DNA of 64,000 bases, taken from assembly GCF_046119375.1 (NCBI RefSeq), contig NW_027362761.1, positions 1,194,802,001 through 1,194,866,000 of the forward strand. The letters are read 5' to 3'. Position numbers and translations under genes: made by a program. The stretch's first letter is position 1; the number at the start of each line of letters is the position of its first letter. Positions 11,319 to 24,904 of the stretch are shown one piece after another. The stretch is from Phyllobates terribilis. Taxonomy: Eukaryota. The notes beneath the pieces were generated by a model. The model saw nothing but the letters and a program-made list of their open reading frames with translations, made no database searches and was not told the DNA's origin.

Positions 11319-12880
11319 CAGGTGCTTTTCACAAAATTAGAATATCATTAAAAAGTTAATTTATTTCAGTTCTTCAATACAAAAAAGTGAAACTCCTATA
11401 TTATATAGAGTCATTACAAACAAAGTGATCTATTTCAAGTGCTTATTTCTGTTAATGTTGATGATTATGGCTTACAGCCAATGAAAACACAAAAGTTATT
11501 ATCTCAGTAAATTAAAATAATTAACAAAGAACACCTGCAAAGGCTTCCTAAGTGTTACAAAGGTCACTTAGTCTGTTTCAGTAGGCTCCACAATTATGGG
11601 AAAGACTGCTGACTTGACAGATGTCTGGAAGGCAGTCATTGACACACTCCACAAGGAGGGTAAGCCCCAAAAGGTCATTGCTAAAGAAGCTGGCTGTTCA
11701 CAGAGTTCTGTATCCAAGCATATTAATGAAAAGTTGAGTGGAAGGAAAAAGTGTGGTAGAAAAAGGTGCACAAGCAATCGGGATAACCGCAGCCTTGAAA
11801 GGATTGCTAAGATGAGGCCAATCAAAAATTTGGGGGAGATTCACATGGAGTGGACTGCTGCTGGAGTCATTGCTTCAGGAGCCACCAAACACAGACGTAT
11901 CCAGGACATGGGCTACAAGTGTTGCATTCCTTGTGTCAAGCCACTCATGACCAATAGACAACGCTAGAAGCGTCTTACCTGGGCCAAGGAGAAAAACATC
12001 TGGACTGTTGCTCAGTGGTCCAAGGTGTTGTTTTCAGATGAAAGTAAATTTTACATTTCATTTGGAGATCAAGGTCCCAGAGTCTGGAGGAACAGTGGAA
12101 AGGCCACAATCCAAGCTGCTGGAGGTTTAGTGTGAAGTTTCCACAATCAGTGATGGTTTGGGGAGCCATGTCATCTGCTGGTGGAGGTCCACTGTGTTTT
12201 ATCAAGACCAAAGTCAGCGCAGCCGTCTACCAGGACATTGTAGAGCACTTCATGCTTCCCTCTGCCGACAAGCTTTTTGGAGATGGAAATGTCATTCTCC
12301 AGCAGGACTTGGCCCCTGTCCACACTGCCAAAAGTACCAATACCTGGTTTACACACAACAGTATCACTGTGCTTGATTGGCCGCAAACTCGCCTGACCTT
12401 TACCCCATAGAAAATCTATTATAGAGAATCTATGGGGTATTGTCAAGAGGAAGATGAGAGACACCAGACCCAACAATGCAGATGAGCTGAAGGCTGCTAT
12501 CAAAGCAACCTGGGCTTCCATAACCCCTCAGCAGAGCCATAGGCTGATCGCCTCCATGCCACATTGCCGCATTGATGCAGTAATTGATGCAAAAGGAGCC
12601 CGACCAAGTATTGAGGACATTTACTGAACATACATTTCAGTAGGACAATATTTCAGATTTTAAAATTATTTTTCAAGCTGTTGTTATAAAGTATTCTAAT
12701 TTACTGAGATAATGACTTTTGTGTTTTCATTGGCTGTAAGCCATAATCATCAACATTACCAGAAATAAACACTTGAAATAGATCACTCTGTCTGTAATGA
12801 CTCGATATAATTCACTTTTTGCATTGAAGAACTGAAATAGCAACTTTTTGATGATATTGTAATTTAGTGAGAAGCACCTG
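11319..12880 (+). mobile_element. Full-length Tc1 (DD34E) with ~200 bp TIRs
   Basis: TA|CAGGTGCTTTTCACAAAATTAGAATATCAT at 11319 and ATGATATTGTAATTTAGTGAGAAGCACCTG|TA ending 12880. TA TSD at 11317-18 and 12881-82. Confidence 0.93.
11596..12614 (+). pseudogene. Tc1 DD34E transposase with a stop and frameshifts
   Basis: MGKTADLT...GRKRCT paired-like HTH, then FSDESKF, SVMVWG, QQDLAPVHTAK and a frameshifted WP..SPDL.PIENLWG. Premature TAG at ~11965. Confidence 0.9.
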
Positions 12881-13254
12881 TAGCTTTAAATGTATGTTAC
12901 ATCTAAAGATGTGAACAATGTGTCAAATACTGTTTTACACTGATATATTTTTCACAAATAATAACAAGGTAGCTACAAGCAAAAATTCCTTGCATGTTGA
13001 ATTCCTCTCTCAAAAGTTTCAAACTCACTCCAGTAGGTAGGGGACAAAAAAACTGCTAACTTATTTCTAGAAAAAGTCATATCTAATTGTTGATAAGGCA
13101 TATCGCACGTTTGTCCGCCGTTCCTAAGGCAGAGAACGGCGAATCCACGCAGCACACAGTGTGTGCAATGGGAGGATTCACAAGTCTTCAGTCACAGAGA
13201 GTGACTGAGGACTTTTCATTTTCGACCGGAAAACCCATTTAAGGTTAGCGAGGT

Positions 13255-13835
13255 CCTCTATCCTATAGAGTGTAAGCTCTTATGATCAGCAGGATCCTCT
13301 CTCCTGTAGAGTGTAAGCTCTTATAGTCAGCGGGATCCTCTCTCCTGTAGAGTGTAAGCTCTTATAGTCAGCGGGATCCTCTCTTTCTCTCTCCTGTAGA
13401 GTGTAAGCTCTTATAGTCAGCAGGATCCTCTCTCTCTCTCTCCTGTAGAGTGTAAGCTATTAAAGTCAGGGGAGACCTCTCTCTTTCCTGTAGAGCGTAA
13501 GCTCTTATGGTCAGCAGGGTTATCTTTCTCCTGTAGAGCGTAAGCTCTTATGGTTGGCAGGGTCCTCTTTCTCTCTCTCCTGTAGAGTGTAAGCTCTTAT
13601 GGTCAGTGGGGTCTTCTCTCTTCCGTAGAGTGTAAGCTCCTGTGGTCAGCAAGGTCCTCCCTCTCTCTCTCCTGTAGAGCGTAAGCTCTTTTAGTTAGCG
13701 TTTTTTTATTCTCTCCTGTAGAATCCAAGCTTTTGTTGTCAGCACGTTCCCTCTTTGTAGAGACTTTTGATCAGCAAGGTCTTCTCTCTTCTGTAGAGTG
13801 TAAGCTCTTATGGTCAGTGGGGTCCTCTCTCTCCT
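13255..13835. repeat. ~40-48 bp minisatellite
   Basis: Roughly a dozen units of CTCCTGTAGAGTGTAAGCTCTTATGGTCAGCAGGGTCCT(CT)n. Confidence 0.9.
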
Positions 13836-14713
13836 CTGCCCCACATGTAGTTTCTGAGCAATTACAAGCTTTGCAGTATGGAGATTTATTCAAATGTATT
13901 CTATGCAAATCAAATTTTGGAGGATTTTCAAATTTTTAGCGAATTTGAATCTTAAAAAATCCATTAAACTCTAGTGGAAAATGGTTCAAAAATATTGTTT
14001 ATTTCATTAAATCCATTTACCTTAAACTGTAAACTTTTTTTTATAGATTGTTGGTATTTTTTTATCTTATTTAGTTTCTTTTCTACTTTTGAGTGGAATA
14101 TAACATTTTATGAATCATATATTTCAATGATCAGGCATTTTTATTGGTCAGCCCTGGGAAATTACATTTATTTTAGAAAGCTGGCACTGCGCTAGTCTTG
14201 GCATTACCACAGAGAATGATTGTGGAGTCATGGTTCTATTCCTATGAGGCATTTCTCGGAATTGGTTGGGGTCCCAGTGGTCAGACCCCTACCGATCATG
14301 AGGACATTGATTTTGTTATCCTACACTTACACTTGTCCATCAAAGTTTGTTTGCTGAAAGCTCAACGTCATGCTTTATCTTCAATGTTTACATCGGCACA
14401 TTTACTTGCCTATATAAGCTGTTGTGCCCGGTACTGAGCCTTGTCTTATTCAAGAGAAGAATTAACCATTAAAATTAAAGGTTTGCAGAACCTCTTAAAC
14501 TGTTTATCTGCCCTAGATCACTAGGAACACATCAAATGATCATGATTGCCAATTGGTCTATAGTCATCACTTATCCTTGCAATAAGAAGCCTTTGTCACT
14601 TGATGTGTCAGAATAGAGATGTCATATCATAAATGGAGAGGGAACAGGCCAACAGATGTAAAATATAATTTACGCTTCAGTAGAATCCACAGATCACGTG
14701 CAGAATCAGAATG

Positions 14714-15122
14714 AACATTGCAACTTCATAACTTAACCTATTATTAGTTGTTAAGTTGAGCTCCATTCGAGTAAAGCAGTAACTAAATATGACAGAGCCT
14801 GCAAAGCTTCCCTAAATGATCACGGCATGGAGCCTGCCTCTCTATTTCTAACATTTAGCATACTTAAAAAACTTCAGTCTCACCTCACAATTTTCCTGCA
14901 ATTTATTTTATTTTCAGTCCTGCTCCAACCATCAGCTAAGTTTTTAGAAACTTTTTGTGCTTTGCAGTGAGTCATCAACACAAAAGGAGAATAGAGGAAC
15001 AGAGACGGCAATTATTTTTACTGCATCTTTCAGAACCAGCTCGTTTTAAGTTTTAGAAGATCAAGTCCTCTTTATAATATTGTATCCAAGTAGAACAAAG
15101 ACACTGATTGAGAGAATATGTT
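14714..15122 (+). repeat. ~410 bp direct duplication, copy A (copy B at 18136-18557)
   Basis: Collinear from ACATTGCAA...TATTAGTTGTTAAG through GAGCTCCATTCGAGTAAAGCAGTAACT to GATTGAGAGAATATGTTA; about 90% identical by eye, with small indels. Confidence 0.9.
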
Positions 15123-15744
15123 AACGATCGTGAAACCTTGACATGTTTCAGCTTGTTGCGATGCTGCCAGCCGGACGATGCTCAAACACTTGGAGATACA
15201 GGATCGACTTTTCCAAGCCACACTGAGAGTCTCTCAATAGGGAGAATTTGGATACTTAATACTCCCTTAGCCACTTCCATCGCGGATCATTTGAACAGAC
15301 ACCTTTAATCTGCAACAGGAATGCCAGTGAGTGTGTTGAGACACTCTTCAGTCCGGAAATATTAATTTACATTTTTGGACAACTGAAACTCTGGATCATC
15401 AAATAGCAAGTAGAAATTTTATTGACTTGTATACTCAGTTTTACATTATTATACAGGGTGGGCCATTTATATGGATACACCTAAATTAAATGGGAATGGT
15501 TGGTGATATCAACCTCCTGTTTATGGCACATTAGTATATGGGAGGGGGAAAACTTTTCCAGATGGGTGGTGACCATGGCGGCCATTTTGAAGTCAGCCAT
15601 TTTGGATCCAACTTTATTTTTTTCAATGGGAAGAGGGTCATGTGACACATTAAACTTATTGAGAATTTCATAAGAAAAACAATGGTGTTCTTGGTTTTAA
15701 AGTAACTTTATTCTTTCATGAGTTTTTTACAAGTTTATGACCAC

Positions 15745-16797
15745 TTATAAAATGTGTTCAAAGTGCTGCCCATTGTGTTGGATTGTCAATGCAACCCTCT
15801 TCTCACACTCTTCACACACTGATAGCAACATTGCAGAAGAAATGCTAGCACAGGCTTCCAGTATCCGTTGTTTCAGATGCTGCACATCTCGTATCTTCAC
15901 AGCATAGACAACTGCCTTAAGATGACCCCAAAGATAAAAGTCTAAGGGGGTCAGATCAGGAAAGCTTGGTGGCCATTCAACTGGCCCACGATGACCAATT
16001 CACTTCCCAGGAAACTGTTCATGTAGGAATGCTCGGACCTGACACCCATAATGTGGTGGTGCACCATCTTGTTGGAAAAACTCAGGGAACGTGCCATCTT
16101 CAATGCATAGAGAGGGCAACACATCATCATCTAGCAATTTCAGATATCCAGTGGCATTGAGGTTTCCATTGATGAAGAATGGCCCCACTATCTTTGTACC
16201 CCATATACCACACCATACCATCAATTTTTGTGTTCCAACAGTCTTGGAGGGCTCTATCCACTGTGGGTTAGTGTCAGACCAATAGCGGTGGTTTTGTTTG
16301 TTAACTTCACCATTCACAAAAAAGTTTGCCATATCACTGAACATAATTTTCTGTGTAAACTGAGGGTCCTGTTCCAATTTTTGCTTTGCCCATTCTGCAA
16401 ATTCAGTGCGCCGATCTGGGTCATCCTCGTTGAGATGCTGCAGCAGCTGGATTTTGAAAGGGTGCCATTTGTAGCTAACATCAGCCGAGGATGTTCGACT
16501 GATGCCGCTCTCCAGTGACATGCGGCGAGTGCTACGATGTGGGCTCTTGCTGCATGAAGCTAGGACAGCCACTAATGTTTTTTCATTAGTGACAGTTTTC
16601 TTGCGTCCACATTTTGGCAAATCCAACACTAAACCTGTTTCAAGAAATTTGGCAAGCAGTTTGCTAACTTTAGCATGGGAGATGGGTAGTCTTGTAGGGT
16701 GTCTTGCATTGAAATCTGCTGCAATGACCTGGGTACTGCGTTCACCAGACATCAACACAATTTCTATCCGCTCCTCATGTGTTAACCTCTGCGACAT
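15745..16797 (-). pseudogene. DD41D transposase, disrupted
   Basis: MSQRLTHEERIEIV HTH, then FSDMANF, KLMVWCGI and FQQDGAPPH...(W>stop at ~16000)...EWPPSFPDLTPLD. I count 41 residues between the second and third Asp. Confidence 0.88.
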
Positions 16798-17085
16798 GTC
16801 AATGGCTGTAAACAAAGAGAAACTTGCAAATAACTCATGAAAGAATAAAATTACCTTAAAATCAAGCACACCATTGTTTTTCTTATGAAATTCTCAATAA
16901 GTTTGATGTGTCACATGACCCTCTTCCCATTGAATTAAATAAAGTTGTATCCAAAATGTCTGACTTCAAAATCGCCACCATGGTCATCACCACCCATCTG
17001 GAAGAGTTTTCCCCCTCTCATATACTAATGTGCCATAAACAGGAAGTTGATATCACCAACAATTCCCATTGTATTTAGGTGTATC

Positions 17086-18083
17086 TGTGGCACCCCAGGA
17101 GTCCGGTTGCCACAGTGGCATTGCCTCCCTCACAAGGGGTGATGCCATGCCTGGAAGCAAGCAGGAGTCCCCTAGTCAGGTATACTAGCATGCAACACTT
17201 TCCTGGCTCCAGACCAGCAAGGGAAGCTCCTCCCCTTAGCTACTGGAATCTGGAGGCGGGGTTAGTTAGAGTTAGTGAGAGGAGTTAAATAAAGGACAGC
17301 GAAGAGGAAGGACCTGGGGAATGGAGCTGCACGGCAGCTCACCCCAGAGAGGAGCGAAGAAGAACCGGACACCGGAGTCCGAGGTTGTGGGGCACTGAAG
17401 GCCCAGCAGCAGAAACCGGAGGGCAGAAGACAGCAGGTCTCCTGGCTCCATCAGACACGCGGAGGCTCAGCAGCACATAGGGCCCAGCACCGCCAAGTGG
17501 GAGCGACACTCCAGTAAAGGCCCGAGCTGCCTGCCACATGGGTGAGCACAAAGACATTTTACTCAGGGACGAGGGCCACAGCACAGCTATAAGCAGCAGG
17601 GCCAAGAGATTAGTGAAAAGGGAAGGCCTACAACTTCACCTGGCGAGGTGGATTCCCAACTTGCTTCCAGGCTGCCCGGACCTCCACTACCAGCTAGTAT
17701 CCGTGCCCCGGTCTGTGTAACAACTGCAAGTAAAGATAAGAGGAAACCGTCATTAAGTTGTGGACTGGTCATTATCTGCACCATCCCCTGCACTAGACTG
17801 CACAGCAACATCTATAACATCACCATTTCCTACCCTGGAGCTAAGCTCTGCCTGTGGAGAGCTGTCCCAACTCTGCTGCGTCACCATCAGCTCCAGAGGA
17901 TCTGCACCGCAGCGGCGGCTCCATATAGCCGCATACCACAGGTGGCGTCACGAACATTAAACTATAAAAACTATAATCCCCTTTTATTGACTGCACAGGT
18001 CACGGACCGGGTCACTGCCACTGTGGCATCCCCTGCACCGACCGGCCCGGCACCGAGTACCAAACGGCCCATGGGGCGCGTCA
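17086..18083. mobile_element. Solo LTR (998 bp), probably Ty3/Gypsy
   Basis: TGTGGCACCCC...GGGGCGCGTCA termini. 4-bp TSD TATC at 17082-85 and 18084-87. Removing it restores the DD41D TIR. Confidence 0.85.
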
Positions 18084-18135
18084 TATCTATATAAATGACC
18101 CACCCTGTATAGAGTTATAGAGGTGTGATCACAGA

Positions 18136-18557
18136 GCACATTGCAATTTCTTTTTATTAATTCATATTATTAGTTGTTAAGCTGAGCTCCATTCGAGTAA
18201 AGCAGTAACTAACTTTGACAGAGCCTGCAAAGCTTCAGTAAATGATCACGGCATGGAGCCTGTCTCTCTCTTTCTTACATCATTTAGCATACTTAAAAAA
18301 CTTCAGTCTCACCTCACAATTTTCTTGCAATTTATTTCATTTTCAGTCCTGCTCCAACCATCAGCTAAATTTTTTGAAACTTTTTGTACTTTGCTGTGAT
18401 TCATCAACACAAATACAAATGTAGAATAGAGGAACAGAGACAGCAATTATTTTTACTGCATCTTTCAGAACCAGCTCGTTTTATGTTTTAGAAGATTAAG
18501 TCCACTTTATAATATTGTATCCAAGTAGAACAAAGGCACTGATTGAGAGAATATGTT
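18136..18557 (+). repeat. ~410 bp direct duplication, copy B
   Basis: Matches 14714-15122. Starts ~30 bp after the DD41D right end and stops ~11 bp before the chromovirus LTR. Confidence 0.9.
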
Positions 18558-18568
18558 ACCAAAGGTCA

Positions 18569-19139
18569 TGTCGCGCAAGGTGAAGGATAGTGCATCACAA
18601 AGGGAAGAGGGAAAGGGAGCCTAGACTCTAGGGAAAGGGGAGAGTGGAGACCACCGAGGTAGATTTAATCTCACCCTGTCTCCACTAACGTCCCTATATT
18701 GGTTCTTCACCAATCGCCGCACGCGTACCTCGCCCTGTCTTTCCCTGGCATTGGGCCCTGGCTAGGGAAGGGAGGGGATGATCGCTAGTCGATCCCCACT
18801 GACCACTACAGATAACAAGGGGAGACAAACAAGGGAAAATTGCTTAGCTTTAGATGACTCCAGACAAATGTGCACACGTCCTCTAGCACCAGAGAAGTAG
18901 AAGTCCTGCTCTTGCTCAAGCCTTCATAAGTGATAATGTGAATGCCACCGGCACCTCCCTCTGGCACAGAGCAGGTATGTATACACCCAGGCCAGGGTGT
19001 TAATTAGCCAGAGGAAGGTAGCCACTGGGTCTTAGAAAGACAGCTTCAAGAAGTGGTCTATAATGCCAAACAAAGAGATCTCCTGCAAATAAACTGCAGG
19101 GCAACTACAGTATATGTCACTTCAGATACACCCATGACA
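18569..19139 (-). repeat. 3' LTR of the chromovirus (~571 bp)
   Basis: Minus strand begins TGTCATGGG right after the PPT and ends ...GCGCGACA. Homologous to the solo LTR 40350/56644. Confidence 0.8.
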
Positions 19140-19159
19140 GTACCCCCCTTCCTCTACGA

Positions 19160-19388
19160 GTGGCCTCCAGACACACAGGACCGGGTTTCTCAGGATAAGA
19201 GGTGTGGAATGAACGAACCAACCTGGGAGCATTCACCTTTGATACTGAAACCCACAACCTCTCCTCTGGGCTATAGCCTTTTCAGTGCACCAAGTATTGT
19301 AGGGAATGATGTTGGAGGCGAGAATCTACAATCCTTGAAAACTGGAACTCCATTACTGAGGGCGATGGTAGAGGTGAGGGATCAAGAG
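19160..19388 (-). pseudogene. Integrase C-terminus with chromodomain
   Basis: EFQFSRIVDSR...LQYLVH*KGYSPEERLWV, a YLVxWKGY...W chromodomain pattern with W>stop. Confidence 0.85.
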
Positions 19389-22300
19389 TAGTGTTGAGCC
19401 ACCCCCTTAGTGTTCGGGTTCGGTTCGGTTCGTCGAACACCGGGATGTTCGAGGAACTGTTCGTCGAACACTTTAGAACACCGTCGAACACCGTTAAAAC
19501 CAATGGCAGGCAAACAAAAACACATAGAAACACATAGAAAACACCTTCATAGGTGTCCAAAAGCTGACAAACTGCTCAGAAGACGCTTTCTTTAAAAAAG
19601 CCGGCCGGCAATTCAGCAGCGGCATACACCGGTACCCGACAATTTAGACAAGAAGGAATAGAGCATCACACATAGATTAGATAGATAGAAACATGTCAGT
19701 CACATATATATGAAGTACAGTGACAGTGTTGCTTACTGTACTTGTCATTTAGTGTAAAGGATTTATTAAAAAAAATAATAGTGTTTTCATGCACAGTCTC
19801 TTTAAAAAAGCCGGCCGGCAATTCTGCATCTGTACCCGACAATTTATAACAGACAGAATAGAGCTTCACACATAGATTAGATAGATAGAAACATGTCAGT
19901 CACATATATATGAAGTACAGTGATAGTGTTGGTTACTGTACTTGTCATTTAGTATTAAAATAAAGGATTTATAATTAAAAAAAATTGGCGTGGGGTTCCC
20001 CTTAATTTTAGGCTCTAGCGGAGGTTAAGCAGACAGCTGGGGCAGATGTTTGAAGCCTGGGAAGGGGGTAATACCCACGGAGCTTCCCAGGCTACTAATA
20101 TGAGCCCCCAGCTGAATACATAGCCTTTACTAGCTATTAAAATGGGGGACCCCCCCAAAAAATGACGTGGGGTCCCCCCTAATTTAATAGCTAGCAAAGG
20201 CTAGGCAGACAGCTGGGGGCTGATATTAATAGCCCAGGAAGGGAGCCATGAATATTGGCCCCCTCCCAGGCTAGAAACGGCAGCCGTCAGCCGCCCCAGA
20301 AATGGCGCATTCATAGGATGCGCCAATTCTGGCACTTAGCCTCGCTCTTCCACGCTGCCCTGTAGCGGTGGCAGGGGGTAATAGGGCTGGGGTTGATGTC
20401 AGCTTATAATGCCAGCTGACATCAAGCCCAGGTTAGTAATGGAGAGGCGTCTATAAGACACCCCCATTACTAACCCCATAGTCAAAGTTAAAAGAAAACA
20501 CAAACACCCAGAATAAAGTCCTTTAATTGAAATAAAGACACAATCCTTTATTGTTCTAAATTAAACCATACTTACCATCACGCCCATTCCAGCTGAAGCC
20601 AACGATCTCCTGCAATAAAAGAAAAATAATAAAGCAACATCATCCTTACCTTTCCATGGTTCCCACGACAGCTTCAGCTCTGCTACATCGAGATGACAGG
20701 CTGGACCGCAGCAGAACGCTGCCATCCAGCCTGTCATCCCGCAGACACTGAGAAGCGCAGGCATGCTTGCGCTCTGCAGTGTCTGGCTGTGACGGCATAA
20801 AGATGAGACGAGTTCATGTCCAATGAACTCGGCGCACCTCATGCACGTCACTGACAGCGTGGGAAAATTCTCACGCTGAAGCGCTGAGTGCAGGAGAATT
20901 CTCCCACGCTGTCAGTGACGTGCATGAGGTGAGCTCTTGTCCAATGAACTCAGCTCACCTCCTGCACGTCACTGACAGCGTGGGAGAATTCTCCTGCACT
21001 CAGCGCTTCAGCGTGAGAATTCTCCCACGCTGAAGCGCTGAGTGCAGGAGAATTTTCCCACGCTGTCAGTGACGTGCATAAGGTGAGCTCATGTCCAATG
21101 AACTCAGCTCACCTCCTGCACGTCACTGACAGCGTGGGAGAATTCTCCTGCACTCAGCGCTTCAGTGTGAGAATTCTCTCACGCTGAAGCGCTGAGTGCA
21201 GGAGAATTTTCCCACGCTGTCAGTGACGTGCATGAGGTGAGCAGAGTTCATTGGACATTAACTCGGCTCATCTGGATGCCCTCACAGAGAGACACTGTGG
21301 AGCGCAAGCAAGCCTGCGCTTCTCAGTGTCTGCGGGATGACAGGCTGGATGGCAGAGTTCTGCTGCGGTCCAGCCTGTCATCTCGATGTAGCAGAGCTGA
21401 AGCTGTCATGGGAACCATGGAAAGGTAAGGATGATGTTGCTTTATTATTTTTCTTTTATTTCAGGAGATCGTTGGCTTCAGCTGGAATGGGCGTGACGGT
21501 AAGTATGGTTTAATTTAGAACAATAAAGAATTGTGTGTTTATTTCAATTAAAGGACTTTTTTCTGGGTGTTGTGTTTTTTTTAAATACTTTACTAGAAAT
21601 TCATGGCGGTCATGTCTAATATTGGCGTGACCCCATGAATTTTGGGCTTAGGGCCAGCTGATAATGCCAAGCTGGCCCTAACCCCTTTATTACCCAGTGA
21701 GCCACCGCATCAGGGCCCTGGATGAGTTGGGTACAGCGCCAGAAGATGGCGCTTCTATGAACGCGCCATTTTCCGGGGTGGCTGCGGACTGCAATTTGCA
21801 GCGGGGGTGGCCCAGAAAGCTTGGGCCTCCCTGCGCTGCGGATTACAGCCCCCAGCTGCCTAGTTGTACCTGGCTGGACACAAAAACAGGGCGAAGCCCC
21901 ACGTCAATTTTCTTTAAATTATTTCATGAAATAATTAAGAAAAAAAGGGCTTCCCTATATTGTTGTGTCCGGCCAGGTACAAATAGGCAGCTGGTGGTTG
22001 GGGGCAGTCCGTTCCTGCCTGCTGCACCTGACTGGACACAAATATAGTGCGAAGCCCCACGTCAATTTTTTTTTAATTATTTCATGAATTTCCTGAAATA
22101 ATTTTAAAAAATTGAAGTGGGGCTTCGCACTATATTTGTGTCCAGCCAGGTACAGCAGGCAGGAACGGGCTGCCCCCAACCACCAGCTGCCTATTTGTAC
22201 CTGGCCGGACACAACAATATAGAGAAGGCCTTTTTTTCTTAATTATTCCATGAATTTCATGAAATAATTAAAAAAAATTGAAGTGGGGCTTCGCACTATA

Positions 22301-24896
22301 TTTGTGTCCAGCCAGGTACAGCAGGCAGGAACGGGCTGCCCCCAACCACCAGCTGACTATTTGTACCTGGCCGGACACAACAATATAGGAAAGGCCTTTT
22401 TTTCTTAATTATTTCATGAATTTCATGAAATAATTAAAAAAAATTGAAGTGGGGCTTCGCACTATATTTGTGTCCAGCCAGGTGCAGAAGGCAGGAACGG
22501 GCTTCCCCCAACCACCAGCTGCCTATTTGTACCTGGCCGGACACAACAATATAGGGAAGGCCTTTTTTTCTTAATTATTTCATGAATTTCATGAAATAAT
22601 TAAAAAAAAAATACGTGGGGCTTCACCCTATTTTTGTGTCCAGCCAGGTACAACTAGGCAGCTGGGGGCTGGAATCTGCAGCGCAGGGAGGCCCAAGCTT
22701 TCCGGGCCCCCCCCGCTGCAAATTGCAGTCCGCAGCCACCCCGGAAAATGGCGCGTTCATAGAAGCGCCATCTTCTGGCGCTGTACCCAACTCATCCAGG
22801 GCTCTGGTGCGGTGGCTCACTGGGTAATAAAGGGGTTAGGGCCAGCTTGGTATTATCAGCTGGCACCAAGCCCAAAATTCATGGGGTCACGCCAATATTA
22901 GACATGACCGCCATGAATTTCTAGTAAAGTATTTAAAAAAAACACAACACCCAGAAAAAAGTCCTTTAATTGAAATAAACACACAATTCTTTATTGTTCT
23001 AAATTAAACCATACTTACCGTCACGCCCATTCCAGCTGAAGCGAACGATCTCCTGCAATAAAAGAAAAATAATAAACCAACCTCATCCTTACCTTTCCAT
23101 GGTTCCCAAGACAGCTTCAGCTCTGCTACATCGAGATGACAGGCTGGACCGCAGCAGAACGCTGCCATCCAGCCTGTCATGCCGCAGACACTGAGAAGAG
23201 CAGGCATGCTTGCGCTCCTCAGTGTCTCGCTGTGACGGCATCCAGATGAGCCGAGGTCATGTCCAATGAACTCAGCTCACCTCATGCACCTCACTGACAG
23301 CGTGGGAAAATTCTCCTGTACTCAGCGCTTCAGCGTGAGAATTCTCCCACGCTGTAAGTGACGTGCATGAGGTGAGCCGAGTTCATTGGACATGACCTCG
23401 GCTCATCTTTATGCCGTCACAGAGAGACAATGTGGAGCGCAAGCATGCCTGCGCTTCTCAGTGTCTGCGGGATGACAGGCTGGATGGCAGCGTTCTGCAG
23501 GTCCAGCCTGTCATCTCGATGTAGCAGAGCTGAAGCTGTCGTGGGAACCATGGAAAGGTAAGGATGAGGTTGCTTTATTATTATATTTTTATTACAGGAG
23601 ATCGTTGGCTTCAGCTGGAATGGGCGTGATGGTAAGTATGGTTTAATTTAGAACAATAAAGAATTGTGTCTTTATTTCAATTAAAGGACTTTATTCTGGG
23701 TGTTTGTGTTTTTTTTAACTTTGACTATGGGGTTAGTAATGGGGGTGTCTTATAGACGCCTCTCCATTACTAACCTGGGCTTGATGTCAGCTGGCATTAT
23801 AAGCTGACATCAACCCCAGCCCTATTACCCCCTGCCACCGCACCAGGGCAGCGTGGAAGAGCGAGGCTAAGTGCCAGAATTGGCGCATCCTATGAATGCG
23901 CCATTTCTGGGGCGGCTGACGGCTGGTGTTTCTAGCCTGGGAGGGGGCCAATATTCATGGCTCCCTTCCTGGGCTATTAATATCAGCCCCCAGCTGTCTG
24001 CCTAGCCTTTGCTAGCTATTAAATTAGGGGGGACCCCACGTCATTTTTTTGGGGGGGGTCCCCCATTTTAATAGCTAGTAAAGGCTATGTATTCAGCTGG
24101 GGGCTGATATTAGTAGCCTGGGAAGCTCCGTGGGTATTACCCCCTTCCCAGGCTTCAAACATCTGCCCCAGCTGTCTGCTTAACCTCCGCTAGAGCCTAA
24201 AATTAAGGGAACCCCACGCCAATTTTTTTAATAATAAATCCTTTATTTTAATACTAAATGACAAGTACAGTAACCAACACTGTCACTGTACTTCATATAT
24301 ATGTGACTAACATGTTTCTATCTATCTAATCTATGTGTGAAGCTCTATTCTGTCTGTTATAAATTGTCGGGTACCTCTGCTGAATTGCCGGCCGGCTTTT
24401 TTAAAGAGACGGTGCATGAAAACACTATTATTTTTTTTGATAAATCCTTTACGCTAAATGACAAGTACAGTAAGCAGCACTTTCACTGTACTTCGTATAT
24501 ATGTGGCTGACATGTTTATATCTATCTAATCTATGTGTGAAGCTCTATTCTTTCGGTTCTAAATTGTCGGGTACCGGTGTATGCCGCTGCTGAATTGCCG
24601 GCTTTTCATGTTTCACTGTTGGCACTGTTCCCATCGATTTGGGCAATCACTGTAATGCCACAACCACCATGGCTGTGGCATTACAGTGAGTGGCAGACAA
24701 TCCCTGCATGATTGGTGCTCTAAATAGCACCAGACATGCAGGACACGCTTTTGGTGCATGAACAGTTATCGAACATAACCTCGAACAGCCGAATTTTTTG
24801 CAAATCGTTCGGGTTCGTCGAACAACTCGAACACCGCCCAAAACAGCTCGAATTTGAGATTGGCGAACAGTTCTAGTCGAACACCGCTCATCTCTA
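19389..24896 (-). mobile_element. Foldback hAT element, copy 2 (5508 bp), inverted relative to copy 1
   Basis: TAGTGTTGAGCC at 19389 and CGCTCATCTCTA ending 24896. TSD ATCAAGAG (19381-88) / CTCAAGAG (24897-904), 7/8 match. Same nested interior as copy 1. Confidence 0.92.
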
Positions 24897-24904
24897 CTCA
24901 AGAG

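Larger units (their letters stand above)
15454..18107 (-). mobile_element. Tc1/mariner DD41D (rosa/Visitor-type) transposon; right TIR split by a solo LTR
   Basis: TA|CAGGGTGGGCCATTTATATGGATACACC at 15454. The inverse copy resumes after the LTR as TATATAAATGACCCACCCTG|TA ending 18107. TIR homology extends ~200+ bp. Confidence 0.9.

Noticed and set aside
15137-15309. Minus-strand exon with a good acceptor (IKGVCSNDPRWKWLREY)
   Set aside because: All three frames are closed before any plausible donor.
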